A stretch of DNA of 64,000 nt, taken from the NCBI GenBank assembly GCA_000388065.2, contig KB932208.1; one strand, given 5' to 3'. Below the pieces are notes generated by a model that saw only the letters and a program-made list of their open reading frames with translations, was not told the origin of the DNA and searched no databases. The position numbers were made by a program, and so were the translations under genes. Origin of the DNA: Fonticula alba ATCC 38817 (taxonomy: Eukaryota; Protista; Nucleariida). Below, in pieces: positions 45,351-58,227 of this stretch. The number at the start of each line of letters is the position of its first letter. Position 1 is the stretch's first letter.

Positions 45351-47827
45351 TGGAAGGAGGGGGGGAGAGAAGGAGGGGGGGAGGGGGCGAGGCAGGACCG
45401 AGGGCAGAGGGCGGACCCATGCGTGAGCCGATGTGCGAAAGGAAACACCATGGCCCGGGGGGGGGGGACGGCGGGGGCAACGCGACAGTGGCCGAAGGTG
45501 AGATCGAGAAAGGGAGGCACAGGAAGAAAGAAGCAACCGAGGCCACAGGCCACACCCGGCAACACGTACGGCCAGATCCACGGAAAAAAGGCACAGACGC
45601 GAGGTGGAGGAGGAAACCAGATGATCGCGGTCGTCAATTGGCCCAGGGGCCCGGTCGACCACGGCGGCCAGCGAATACTCGGTGCCGAAGAAGGAAGCCA
45701 TGTCGAAGAGGGTAGCCCCGGGCAGCGAGGCGCCGGGCCCGGACGAATGCACCGAAGCAACGGACTGGCCAAGCGTCAGCTGGCCCTCAGCCGGAGCCAG
45801 ATGCCCGTAAGCTGATGCCACACGAACTGGGCCCCGAAGCCAGGGGTCTTCCGCCAGATCGCACGGGGTATACGGATTCCAGGAGATGACCTCCAGCGCG
45901 TCGGCCGTGGCCACCAGGGCCGCGCGCCCGGCACACGGAATGAAACATGCCTGTGCGGTGATTTCTTCCAGGCCGCTGAGATGCGACTGGCTCAGGGAGG
46001 CGGCTCGGGCGGCGGTCACCGGGCCACCTCGGCCCGCGGGCAGGACCGACCCGGAGAGGAGACCCGGCCGGCCGGCATGCTGGCCGGTTTCCAAATTCCA
46101 AAAAACCATTCGGCCGAAACTGTGCGTGGCCGAGACGAGTCGCTCAAGCGGGTGGATGGAAAGGTTGCGCACGGGACCGAAGTCCGCCGCTGCCGCCAGC
46201 GTATTCATCAACACCGGTGCCGATGGCATGGACAGATCATAAATCTACACCAGAGGAAGTTGACAGGTGACCAAGAAGACGGGCGGGAGGCGGGGGGGGN
46301 NNNNNNNNNNNNNNNNNNNNNNNNNNNNNNNNNNNNNNNNNNNNNNNNNNNNNNNNNNNNNNNNNNNNNNNNNNNNNNNNNNNNNNNNNNNNNNNNNNNN
46401 NNNNNNNNNNNNNNNNNNNNNNNNNNNNNNNNNNNNNNNNNNNNNNNNNNNNNNNNNNNNNNNNNNNNNNNNNNNNNNNNNNNNNNNNNNNNNNNNNNNN
46501 NNNNNNNNNNNNNNNNNNNNNNNNNNNNNNNNNNNNNNNNNNNNNNNNNNNNNNNNNNNNNNNNNNNNNNNNNNNNNNNNNNNNNNNNNNNNNNNNNNNN
46601 NNNNNNNNNNNNNNNNNNNNNNNNNNNNNNNNNNNNNNNNNNNNNNNNNNNNNNNNNNNNNNNNNNNNNNNNNNNNNNNNNNNNNNNNNNNNGGGGGCGG
46701 CGAAAGACGGGGAGACCCCGTGGGCAAGGCGGGGAAGTACCTGGACAGAGCCATCCGTCAGACCGAGGACGATCCAGCGCCCGTCGGGGGTCCATTCGGC
46801 CGCGGTGATCGGCGACTGGAGCCCCGGTAATCCATGGGACCCGGCCCGGTGGGCAGGTCCACGACCACCGGCCAGGGGCAGGGTGAAGACATTTCGATTT
46901 TGGCGGATATCCCAAACACACAGTTGCGTGGAACTTTGAGCCACATCGAGGAAGGCCGAGTGGAGGGAAAGAAACAGGTCGTCACTCGGGTGATAGCGGA
47001 GGGCATCGCAGCCGGTTGGCCTGCGATCAAGCGGGCAAAGCGGACTCTGGAAGGTGCGAACAACTGGGGGCAGGGGGGAGGGGCGTCAGGCTTCCGGCAG
47101 AGCGATGGGGCGGATAAAGTGGAAGGCCATCGAGGCATAACACACCACCCTCAGACTCCAGGTCCCAAACGCGGATCTCGCCCTGGCGTGCGGTGTCTGA
47201 AGGGCTTCCGCCGGCGGCGACACCAGTCAGAAGGACGTCCTCCCCCTGGGGGTCAAGGTCCAGGGCCTTCACCGGGTACGGGGACTGATGTGCGGTGAAG
47301 GACTGCATTTGGAGGGCACTTGTAAGACGGATGCAGGGGGGTGGGGNNNNNNNNNNGGGGGGGGGCATGCGAGGGAAACATTGTGCCGGATGGCGTGGGA
47401 GAGGCCAAGGACAAAAGAGAGGCGAGGAAGAGGGAGAGAGCGAGAGAGGAACAGGGGCAAGGGTGCGAATAACATAAAGGCACATACCTTGATGCACTTT
47501 CCCTTGGACACGTCCCAAAGAGAGACAATGCCCCCATCGTGCCCAGTGGCGAGGATGCTGCCCGATCGCCGGCCAAAACGCGCGGCGAAGACATCAGCGC
47601 AGGGGATGGCATCTATCCATGAGTGCAAGTGGGCGTCAGCAGGGGCAGAGTATGTGGCAGGTGGAGGAGAGACAGGGGAGGCAAAAAACAAGGAAGGCAA
47701 AAGGGCGTAACGAATCATGAGCGAGCAAGAGAGAGAGAGAGCGGGAGAGAGAGAGTCACGAACGGAGTTGTTGAATTCGGTCACCCCGGGCGGTGGGAGG
47801 TAGAGAGCCAGACAGCGAGCCGTTCAT
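43762..47827 (-). CDS. KATNB1: Katanin p80 WD40 regulatory subunit (multi-exon, two gaps inside); first exon 47827-47764, last exon 44014-43762
   Basis: WD40 series RFGRRSGSILATGHDGGIVSLWD, EIRVWDLES, LCVWDIRQ, AEWTPDGRWIVLG, SIHPLERLVS, VFWNLET and LEVISWNP, in the order expected for p80. A long Pro/Ser linker precedes a con80-like segment (RSLLSGRLNIF). Confidence 0.8.
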
Positions 47828-48598
47828 GGAGGGATCCCAATCAATGGCATGCCTCGTGCGACTGGCCAGGGCGAGGGACGGGAAACGAGTGGGCGAGAGG
47901 GTGCAGAGCAGGTCTCGGCAATGGCCTGGGGGGAGGGGGCGAGAACCACAAAAGGATGGTGAGGGAGAGGGGGAAGGTCAAAAGGGAAGAGCGGGGGTGG
48001 GGGAGGGATATGCGGGGCAACTGCGCTATGCCGGCACCCTGGTACCTCTCCTGCCCGTAGATGGGACGAGGAAAGAGATGAGGGGGGGGACGGGCGGGCG
48101 GGCGGGCGGGCGGGCTGACGGGGAAAGACACTGGGCCGCCGGCCCCCGCCGGGGCCCCACCCAGGATGCCAGGGAAGATCGATCGGCGCCAATTTTGAAA
48201 AAAATACCGCCATCCCCAGTGGTCGACGCGGAGACGTAACGGCATCCCCTGGGGGCCACTCCGGGTACCGCCGGATGGGCTGCTGTGGGGCCCTGCAGGG
48301 CGCACCATGCATATCTCGCGTGCCCCGGGCACGCCGCCCGTCGGCAGCCCATCCCGCCAGCTAGTCCCACGCAGGCTTTCTGCCGGCTGCCCACCCCCCC
48401 CCCCCCCCCCCCGGTCGAGGGGGCTTTTTATTTCCTAGGACATCAGACACCTGGCGGGCCTGCGATGGTGGGGAGGGCAGGCAACCCGATCAAAAACAAA
48501 AGGCCCGCCTCCGCGCCCTGCCGACGGGTTGCGGATCACCTTCCACACTTCATCCCCGTACACTCGCCCCTTTGTGATTGACTTGGCGATCGCGTGCA

Positions 48599-49931
48599 AT
48601 GGCATCGCCTCCATCATCCCCCCCGCAGGTGGCCCAGGGCTCGGCCTCCTCGGCGACAACCCCCTCCAATCGGAACCTCCTGTCCAACTTCGAGCTGCCG
48701 ACCATCATCTGCAATGGCGCGGTCATCCTCGGCAACGTCACCTACGGTGCGTCTCGACGGCAGCCAAAAGCCAGTCCTCCCTTCCGCGCGCCTCCCCCCC
48801 CCCCCCGTGCCTATGGGCGTCAATCATCTCACCTTGTCCTTGTGCCACCCTGTCTCCCCAGGCCCGGGGAATGTCTTCCACCCGCAGTGCGTGATCGATG
48901 GCCGCCTGGCGCCGATTACCATTGGCAAGGGGAATGTATTCGAGGAGATGTGCCACATTGTCAGCCGGTACGCACGGCCCACAGGCCGGGATGTTCCTTC
49001 CGCCTTCTGGACATCTCATCTGTCAGCCCTGACACACACACACACACACACACACATGCATGCACATGCATGCACGCATGCATGCACACATCGATTGCCG
49101 ATAGAGAGGCCACACCCTTGGCTATCGGGTCCGGGAACTACTTCTCCGTCCACTCCAGTGCGCATGCTCCTGCCCCTTCGGTTTCCCTTTTCACGCTTTC
49201 GCCAGCGGGGTGGAGCGACACAATGAGAAGGGCCTTCCAGCGCTCGCATTGAGGTCCGGTACTGACAGCCGCCCTCGCCCCCGGCAGAGGTCGATGGTGT
49301 GAAGTCCATCGGCAACTGGAACATCGTGTCGATCAAGGGTATGCTTCGCCGGCTCTTGCGGACTGGCTTGCCTTCCCTCCCCCCCCCCCTCTTCGCCGCC
49401 CGGCTTACTGACTCGCCGATCTCCCTGGTGCAACACAGGCCGTTTGGTGAATGTCGAGCGCCTGCCGAGCGACTGCTTTGTCGGCATCGATGTCGATCTT
49501 GCTCGGCTTCCTCCCTGCCAGGTCGCCCCATCAACCAGCTTCTTTTCTATCTCCCCGCCGGACTCCGGAACAAGCGACACGGATGACCGGACGCAGGTCC
49601 GCACCGTCAAGCTTCACCCTGACATCACCACGGTGCGCTCAGAGAAGTGGAAAATGGCGCCCCTCGCATGCCTCTCCCGCCCGGGCCGGGGACGGGCGAG
49701 GCCCTTGCCACCGTGACTAACCCCCCCATCTCGCCCCTCCTTTGCCATCCCGAGGAACAGGTGAACCGTCGGGAAAATGCCGCCCGTGTGACTTACCTCC
49801 AGACGGTTCTTCCACGGAGCCACCGGCTGAATCACCCGGTGGCACAGAGCCCGCCCGTAAAGGCGCCAGAGCCGGCTGCCGGGGGACCGCCTGGATCCTC
49901 GTCTCCGCGGTCGCCCCCGGCGCAACAGTGA
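48599..49931 (+). CDS. DCTN6: Dynactin subunit 6 (p27), left-handed beta-helix, about 240 aa; exons 48599-48746, 48862-48967, 49105-49157, 49288-49338, 49439-49632, about 49755-49931
   Basis: IICNGAVILGNVTYG|PGNVFHPQCVI, PITIGKGNVFEE, PLAIGSGNYF, SIGNWNIV and YLQTVLPRSHRL match the p27 hexapeptide pattern. Confidence 0.85.
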
Positions 49932-50708
49932 AACCAGGGCCAGGAGGATGACAATATGTGTCGGGACTTTTGCGAGTCCTGCAACGGGGAGAGGCGGTGT
50001 CCGCATCTCCTCCCCTGCTGTCCCTCGCTGTGATCAAGGAATATACACACATTTTCACAAATATGCAGACTTACACACACAGGCGCAAAGACTTGCATCA
50101 CGCCGGGGGGGGGGATACCCCCGTCATGGAGTCGGCCATGTCTCAGGGAAACAGGAAGACGGGGAAAAAGGGGGCACATGAGCCACCCGCACCAGGCTCT
50201 GGGTCTGTAGTGCGGAGAGAGAGAGAGAGAGAGAAGAATGATATGCAAGACACAACCAGACAACCGTCCTTCTTTTGGAGAACAAGTTCAATTTGGTACA
50301 GGGGGGAGAAAGCGGACAGCCAAAACTGGGTTGCCGAGACTATAGGGAGGGAGAGAGGGGGGGAGGGGGGAGGGGGGGAAGCGAATCCCTTCTATCGCGA
50401 GGCGCAGCGCGCGGCGCGCGACTCGCACATAACGATGAGAGAGGGCGGAGGGAGGGCGGGAGGAGAAGGGGGGGTGCTGACACGCCCCCGGCACACCCAC
50501 AAGAGAGGGCGCCGAGAGAGCGAGGCAACAGCCAAACTCCATGGACAGCAGAGAGACCTCCAGGCCGGGGGAGAGGAGGGGAGGGGGGAGAGGGGGCGCG
50601 CGGGCCGGAGGAGTGGGCCGCGTGTGTGCTTCAAAACAACAGCCACACGCGCGCCGCGTCACTCACCTCCACGGTCACCACCAAGCCGATGTGTAGACCC
50701 ACATTCGC

Positions 50709-52146
50709 TTAGTTGGTCTTGGTCGCGGCGGCGACGGGCTTCTTCTTGTAGGAGCGGCGGTAGAACTGGATGAAGAGGACCAGGAAGGACACCAGGACGA
50801 ACTTGCCGAACCAGAAGGAGAACCAGTTACCGGAGCAGGTGATGCCCTTGATGATGGTGAAGTAGGCCCAAGAGAGGTTGCTGGAGATGCCGAGGACGAA
50901 CTGCACGATCTGCAGGGTGGTGAGGTGCTTCTTCCAGGAGACCTGAATGTTCAGAGTCTGAGAGGCATAGAAGTAGTACATGAAGACATGGACCAGGGTG
51001 TTGGAGGCGGAGGAGAACCTGCGAGCGCGCGCGATTGTGGGGGGAGGGGGAGAGAGAAGGGAGAAGGAGGAAGGATGAGTCAGAGGGGGCAAGATCGACG
51101 AGGGGAAGGGGGGGGGGGACGACGGCGGCGAATGAGGGAAATCAAGGGGCCGAAAAGGCGGCTGGCCGACATACCACTGGATACCAAGGTCGACGTCGAG
51201 GCAAACCCAGCACAGCCACAGGGTGATGATGTGGTGGTACCAGTGGAGGAAGATGACGTTCTTCTACGGGTGGTCGCATCAGGAGCGCGGGCGCAAATGC
51301 GCGTGAGGGGGCGTCAGCAACAAGGCAAGGGACTGCGCATAGGCATAGAGAGAGAGAGGGAGAGGCGAGGAGGGGGGAAAGAGGCATGGAGCGGATGGGC
51401 AACAAAGGAGGCGGGTCTCCGCGGCACGCACCTTGCGCAGGATCAGGATGGCAGTGTCGATGAACTCATACATCTTGGACAGGTAGAAGATGTAGTACCA
51501 GAAGAAGAGGTTGGTCGAGGCACGGTGGGTGTAGTTCGGGTCGCAGGTGAGGTGGACCCACTGGGGGTTCTTGAGAGCGTAGAGGGCGACCTGGGGGCAG
51601 GGCACGGGGGGGGGGAACACCAAGCGGGAGGGGGGCGCGCGCAGGAGGAGGGAGGTCAGCACATGGGGAGGCGGATTGCGTGGAGGAGAGAGAAAGAGAG
51701 AGAAAGAGAGGGAAGCTGCCCGAAGGCGAGGGAATCGACACACCTCCTTGAGCATGCCGATGGTCATGACCAGGGAGCCGGTGGAGAGAATCCAGTTGTG
51801 GATGACCATGACCCACTTGAGGTTGAGGGGCTGGCGGTTCTTCATGACCATCGGCAGGAAGATGAGCATGAGGACGTAGCCGAGAGTGGCGATGATCGGG
51901 TACTTGGGCTCGTGCAGGAGGGTCAGGCGCTCGAACTTGAAGTTCTCAACAACCGGCTTCCAGACGGTCTCGAGCAGGCCGAGGGTGACGGCGGCCGAGA
52001 TGATGATGGAAGGGGAGAGGATGCTGGATGACGGGGGGGGGTGGCGGCGGGATGAGGAAAGGGGGATGCGACGGGGGAGAGGGGAAGACGCGGGAGTCAG
52101 CAAGGGAGCCGGGAGGGGGGGGGGGGCGAGGCCACCGACACCACAT
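50709..52146 (-). CDS. ELO/GNS1-SUR4 fatty-acid elongase, about 280 aa; exons 52146-52142 (tentative), 52023-51744, 51590-51432, 51263-51175, 51018-50709
   Basis: FYLSKMYEFIDT, FLHWYHH (HxxHH), NTLVHVFMYYFY and LTTLQIVQF. Exons total 843 nt in frame. The start is tentative because of the gap at 52260-52365. Confidence 0.93.
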
Positions 52147-52770
52147 TGCGAAAGTATGCCCCCGATGCACCGAGAGAGCGAGGGTGGTGCGCGGGAGAGG
52201 AGGGGACGCCGCCCCGCGGGCAGAGACGGGCTAAGGCAAAGGAAGGGCCGGGACTCGGGNNNNNNNNNNNNNNNNNNNNNNNNNNNNNNNNNNNNNNNNN
52301 NNNNNNNNNNNNNNNNNNNNNNNNNNNNNNNNNNNNNNNNNNNNNNNNNNNNNNNNNNNNNNNNNGGCGTGTGCTCTGGGGGGGGGGGCAAGGTACCTGG
52401 CGGCGAAGGCATTGTGGGGCGGGCGAGCGCGGACGGCGTTGGTACCGGGCTTCTCGGAGACGGCCATTGTGACGGGCGTTGCGTGGTATTCGGGGCAGAG
52501 AGGGTGCTCTATCCCGGAAATGTCAGCTGTCTGCCGCCCGGGAGGTGAGAAGCGAGGGAGAAAGGGTCAACAACTCGGGGCGTGGGACAGAGGGAGGATG
52601 GGGGACATTCGCAAAGATACAGGGGCGCAGGGCAGGGGGAGGTACCGAAATGGGCGGATGAAAAGCAACTAGGGGGAGTCCCGGGGCCCGGTGAGCGGGC
52701 AGCGCCCCGGCACAAAAGTCCACCCCGGTAGCCGGGTTCTGTCCTCCCGCTCGGGTACTCCCCCCCCCCC

Positions 52771-52803
<33 letters not shown>

Positions 52804-53550
52804 GCTCGCGCGCGCGCGCGCGCGCGAGTCTCCGGCCCCGGGGTGGGGGCGAGGGTACCCACTGGTGCCCGGGCATCACCCCGAGGCATGCGCACACCCC
52901 GGGGTCGCGCGCCGCGCGTCGACCCCTGTGAAGGCCCCGCCCGGGCGGAGTCTCGCGTTCCGCCCCCGCCCTCCCGAGGGGACGCCCCCCGCCCCCCTTC
53001 CCCCTCGCGCACCCCAGAAACCCAAAGAGAGGAGCGGGAGAACAGGAGCGGGACGGGGTAGGAGAGGGCCCGGGTTGCTCGCCGGAACGCAATGCGGCCG
53101 ATGGCTAACAGTCATTGGACACAAACGGATGAGGCCCGGCGCCCCTCGCGGCTCGGCATCCCCCCCTCCCCGTCTGGGCCCGGCCCGGCCCGGCCCGGCC
53201 CTCCTTTGGAAGGGGCAAGCACAGCACGCGCACGCGCGCACGCAAGCACACATATTGCGACTCCCCCAAAAGGCGCGGAGAGAGTGCCGCCCCGCGCGGG
53301 CCCGGCAACCCCGGGGAAACTGGTCAAGAGCGGCTCCCAAGAGTGGGGGGCTGGTGAAACGGGCCTCCAGACAGGGTGAGCCAGAGGCCCCGGCAGCCGG
53401 GTAATATTGATGGGCTTCCGGCGGCCGGGACCCGAGGGGCGGTGCTGAGCGCTGTCGTCGCCGGGGGGGGGGCCGGCGCGCAACCGCGAGGCCTGCCTTC
53501 CGCGCGCCTCACCACGTCCTTGCAGGGAGGAGGGCCGGGGTCGGGAGAGA

Positions 53551-53583
<33 letters not shown>

Positions 53584-56500
53584 CCCGAGGATATTTTAGC
53601 AGACCGGTGGCCAGCCGGCGTCAGGCCCGCGCAGGGGGCAGGGGGGACGGCCGCGGTCACCGGAGCCGCCGGGCCCGCGCAGGGTGCGGGGCAGAGCAGG
53701 GGAAATGTGCGGCCGGGCGCCATGCAGGACGCGGCCGGCATCTCACCCGGTTGGGGGGGGGGGGGGGAGGCCCAGAAAAGCGGCCCCGACCGGGGTGCGG
53801 ACGCCTTGGGAAGAAACCACCACGCCCCTTCCGGAGGATGGGGCCCCCAACAACCGGCCGAAAAGCCGGGCACGAGGCATCCCAGAGCAAAGAGGCCTGG
53901 CAGGGGCATCGGCCCGGCGCGCGACAAGCCCCTCCGGCGGGTGGAGTTGGGGCGGCACTCTCCGGCTCGGCCCCCGGCCCCCGGCCCCGGCCGTCTTGCC
54001 CGGCCACCCCCGACCCGGGCCCCCAACCGCCGGCTGCCCCAGAGACGTGTGGGGGGCCGGGTCGCCGCTGGGGGGCGGGGGCGGGGGGGGGGGGAGGGGA
54101 GCATCGGCCGAATGAAGAGCGGCCGGAGAATCTGCCCGCCCCTCACGCGGGCCCGATGTGGGCCCCGGCCTCCGGCCGCTCGCGTCCCCTGCTGATGCGA
54201 GGCCGACCGCGGTGACGACGAACGCGAAGGGACATCGAGAATGAGGAGCGGCCGGCCTTCCGGGCCACCTCAAACCCCGGACAGTCCTGGACAGTGGAGA
54301 TCCGCCACGCTGGGGCTGGGAGTCCGTTCGCCCGCCCCCCTCGGCCCTCTCCCGTACTGCACCCACCATTAGCGCCGGCCCGCCCCCGGCAGCAGGTTTG
54401 TACATTCACGAGCCGGGAGCCCGAGGCCGAGATAGCGCCCCCCCCCCCCCCGGCCCGGGGGGGGGAGCGCTCTTGCTCCTCGAAATCGGCCGGCTCCGGT
54501 ATGGTGCATGCAAGTGCGCCACCGTGGCCACGCGTCGAAAGGGGCCCGGGTCCGGGCGAGAGCCTATCGCTGCCGGGAGCCGAGGTGCGTGCGCGTGCGG
54601 AGGCGTCGAGAAAAAAACCGGCACTCGCACGAGGAACAGGCGGAGCGCCGTGCGGGGGCCGGCCCCGTGGCACCAAAACGGCCAGGCGGCCAAAGGACCC
54701 GCGCACGGTGGATACCCTGCATGAAACACCTCGGGGGGGGGGGGACGGGAGCGGGGCAAAAATGCTCCCTGCTCTCTGGAGAACCGGACGGGGCAGAGAG
54801 CCACCAGCGCCCAGTGGCACCCCCCGCTGCCGCACCCCGCGCCCACGCTGGCTGCCCCAGGCTCCGGACGGAGGTCACATGGAGTGGCCCGCCGAAAAAG
54901 GGAAGAGGTAGGTGCTGAAATTTCCCTCGCCGTCCCCCCCCCCCCCCCCGGGGGGGCGGGGGTGGGGGTGGGTGGAGAACAAAGAGACCAAGGATAATGA
55001 AGAACATGTCCAGGGATTGACGGCACCCAGGCGAGCCAGGCCGAAGGGCGACGGGATGCCATCGCGGCGGCGGGCGCCGCCGCGACGCCCCTCCGCCTCT
55101 CCCTCTGTCCCCCCCCCCCCCCCCCCCCCCCCGGAAATGGGCGGGCCACGCGTGGCGGTCGCCGGCCGGCCACATTGTTCGCGAGTGATGGCCTCTTGGG
55201 CATTCCAGGGGGCGGACAAGGGAGCGTGTCGGCGGGGACTGGTCGCCACACGTGCATGCATGCGTGCGTGCCGCGTACGAGCGCACCCCTCGCTGCACAC
55301 TGTGAGGGGGGCGGGGGGGAGAAATCGGCTGGGGAATTTCGCGCACGCGCCGGCCTCGCAAGAGCGGCGCATCCGAGGCCGGCGCTCGCCGGGGCCGTCC
55401 GCAGGGAACGCCATGCCATCTCTCTCCGGCCGATCGGCGCCCCCCTTGGCGGCACCGGAGCCACCTTGCCGAGCCGGCCGCAAACCGGCATTCTCGGCTC
55501 CCGCTGTTTCAGCCCACTGTCAAAGAACGGCCGGGCGGGGGGGGGGGGACACAAGGCCACACAGGCATCAGGAGGGGGGCCTCCTGGCGAGCCTGGAGGC
55601 CGACACATGGGCCCTTGGTGTTGGGCGCGGCTCCGGCCCGCCGCACGTCAGGCAGGGGGTCCGCCGGGCGGTGTGTCCGCGCCTTGACCTCGCTCCGGCA
55701 CGGAACACCACAGACAGCAGCATGCCCCGAGCCAGGGCCGCCGGGGCAAAGAAACGCATGGGCAGCCGGCAATTGCCCGAGTCCGCCAAGAGGGTGGAGG
55801 GGCCGGGGCACGGGGGGGGGGGGGGGAGACGATCGGCCCTCGTCATGCCCCCCTGCGGGCGGGGCACACGAGCGCACAGGCGCTTCGGCGCGCGGCCGGT
55901 GTCTGCCGCCGGCCCCCGCCCTCCGGTGCCTCCCCAGGCGGAGATGAGGCAAGGTAATTCAGGCGGGGATCCCGGCGCCGATCGGGCGGGCCGGCGCCTC
56001 GGAGCCGGCGCCAGCATGTTCGCCCGGTGACCTCATGTTGGCCGGGGAGGCAGGGAGCCGCGCCACGCCCCCGGTCGACCGGCGGGACTCCCGTTGGCGG
56101 TCAGCTTGTGCGCCCGGGCCCCCCCGCCCCTTCGCGGGGGGTGCACGCGTGGATGCATCTCGCGCTTGCCGACCGGGCAATCTGGCCCCGGAAGCCGACA
56201 TGCTCGGATGACCCTCCCGGGGGCGGGACGGGCAGGGCGGCACCCAAGGCCGCGAAACTCCCAGAGCATGACAGGGGGGAATGACGAGCTAGCGAGAGGG
56301 AGAGAGAGAGAGAGAGAGAGAGAGGGAGGAAGGGTTGGTGGGGGTGGGCAGGCCTCACGGATGACCGCGCACCGGCCATCGAGGCCCAGACAAGGATTCC
56401 CTCGGCCCAGGAAAGGGCCCCAAGCCCGGCCGGGGTGGCCTGCCCCTGCCGCCTCCACCGCCAGCAGGGCCACCAGGCCGCAGCAGCAGCAGCGGTGTCG

Positions 56501-58227
56501 GTGCCGGTTCTCCGGTGGTGAGCGGGCCCCATCGAGGCGGGCGTTTTCCCTCCCCCCCCCCCGGCATGCGGGCAAATCCAAGCCACCCAGCGTGTTGAGG
56601 GGGCGGGGAGGAGAGGGGGTCGGGCAACAACACCAGGGCCGGCCGAGGGGGCGGGGAGAAGGTCGCCCCCGGGGCCTGCGCTCGCCAAAAATTGCCGACG
56701 AGCGAGGGAGAGGGGCCGCACACACATGGATATATATATATACACGAGCAGCCCCCCAGACGGATCACCCCCGGCGAAGGGTGCCCGCCGTCGCCGCACC
56801 CGACAAAGGACATGGGCGCATGCTGCTTGGACACACTCTCCAACCGCGAGGACTGCCCAGACCCGGGGGAAGTGACAGCCTCCGCACCGGAGAACCCCCC
56901 CNNNNNNNNNNNNNNNNNNNNNNNNNNNNNNNNNNNTGTCTTTGGGGCGCCCCCGCGAGAATGAGGGGCGGCGAGAGGACAAGGCCCGCCTCGCGCCAAG
57001 CAGGCAACAGAGCGCAAGTGCCCCAACGGCTTGTCGCGCCTGGTCGCCCTTGGGTGGCGCCTGAAAAATAAATGGCTACCTGCCTGTGGACCGTGTCCCC
57101 CGCGCCGGCCAGGGGGAGATCGAATGTAGCAGGTGAAAATGTGGCCGAGCCCGCTGCCGGAGGCTGCAGGGGGGCGCGCGCACACCTGGCTGGCCGCCTG
57201 GCCCCCCCTCGCGGCAGACCACCAGGCCGGGGAAGGGCGAACATGCGCATGTCCCCCGCTTGGGCTCGGCCTGGCATCCAAAAAAAGAGCAACGGGCGCT
57301 TGCTCATTGTCCCGCCGCGGCCACCGCCCCCGTGAACACGCCAGCGCGGCCAGGAAATAAAACCACCCAGGCGCAACGTCTCCCCCCCCTCCCCGCCCCG
57401 AGGGACCGGCGGAGTGAGCACCGCGTAAAGGAAGAACAGCTCCGCCAGCACGGCGCCCAGAGTACTGCCAGAGCCGGGCCCCCCCCCCCCCCCGGGAGGA
57501 GAGACGCGAGGCCCACACAAACAGCCCGGGGCAGGGCCCGCGTGGGGGGGGCATCGACCTCCGGGGGGGCGGAGCGGGGGGCGCCGCCGGCTTCGGAGCT
57601 TCGGGAGGCGCGGGGCACACGGGCAGGGGGACCATCACACATACTGGCCCCCATTTTCTGGCCAGCCCCATCGCCTGGGAACACCGCTGGGGGAGGGGGA
57701 CCGAGGGGCGGTCGCGACAAAGGAGCGGCCAGAGCCTCGCCTCCCCCCCCCCCCAAGCCGGAAGAGGGAATAATTGATCCGGCCGGCATTCACCCTGCCA
57801 CGGAGGACGTGGCAGGGACCGGCCCGCCCGCCCCTGGTCGGGGCGTTGCTACCTGCTCCAACACATTCTCCCTCGGCGCGGCCACGAATGTCACGGTTAA
57901 CGGATGGGTTATTAACTCAAGTAGAGAGAGCCCCAGTTTGCATGCCGTCTTCCCGCGGGCAAATGCCGGCCGAGCCGGCAACAGCGCGCCCACCCCCCCG
58001 GGCCCCCCCCCCCCTCCGGCCGATGGCCGCCGTCTCGCCCTCACCATCTCGCGCACTCTCCGCCAGGAAGAAGATTGACCACAGCAATGGGTCTTCCTCC
58101 TCTCGTCCCCTGACCATGCGCTGCTCCCCCCCCCCCCCTTCTCCCCTCGACCATGGGCGTGAGCTGAGGCAAACATACACCCCTGTATTAGGCTGAGACA
58201 AGCGGAGGGAGGCCCAAAACAGAGGAG

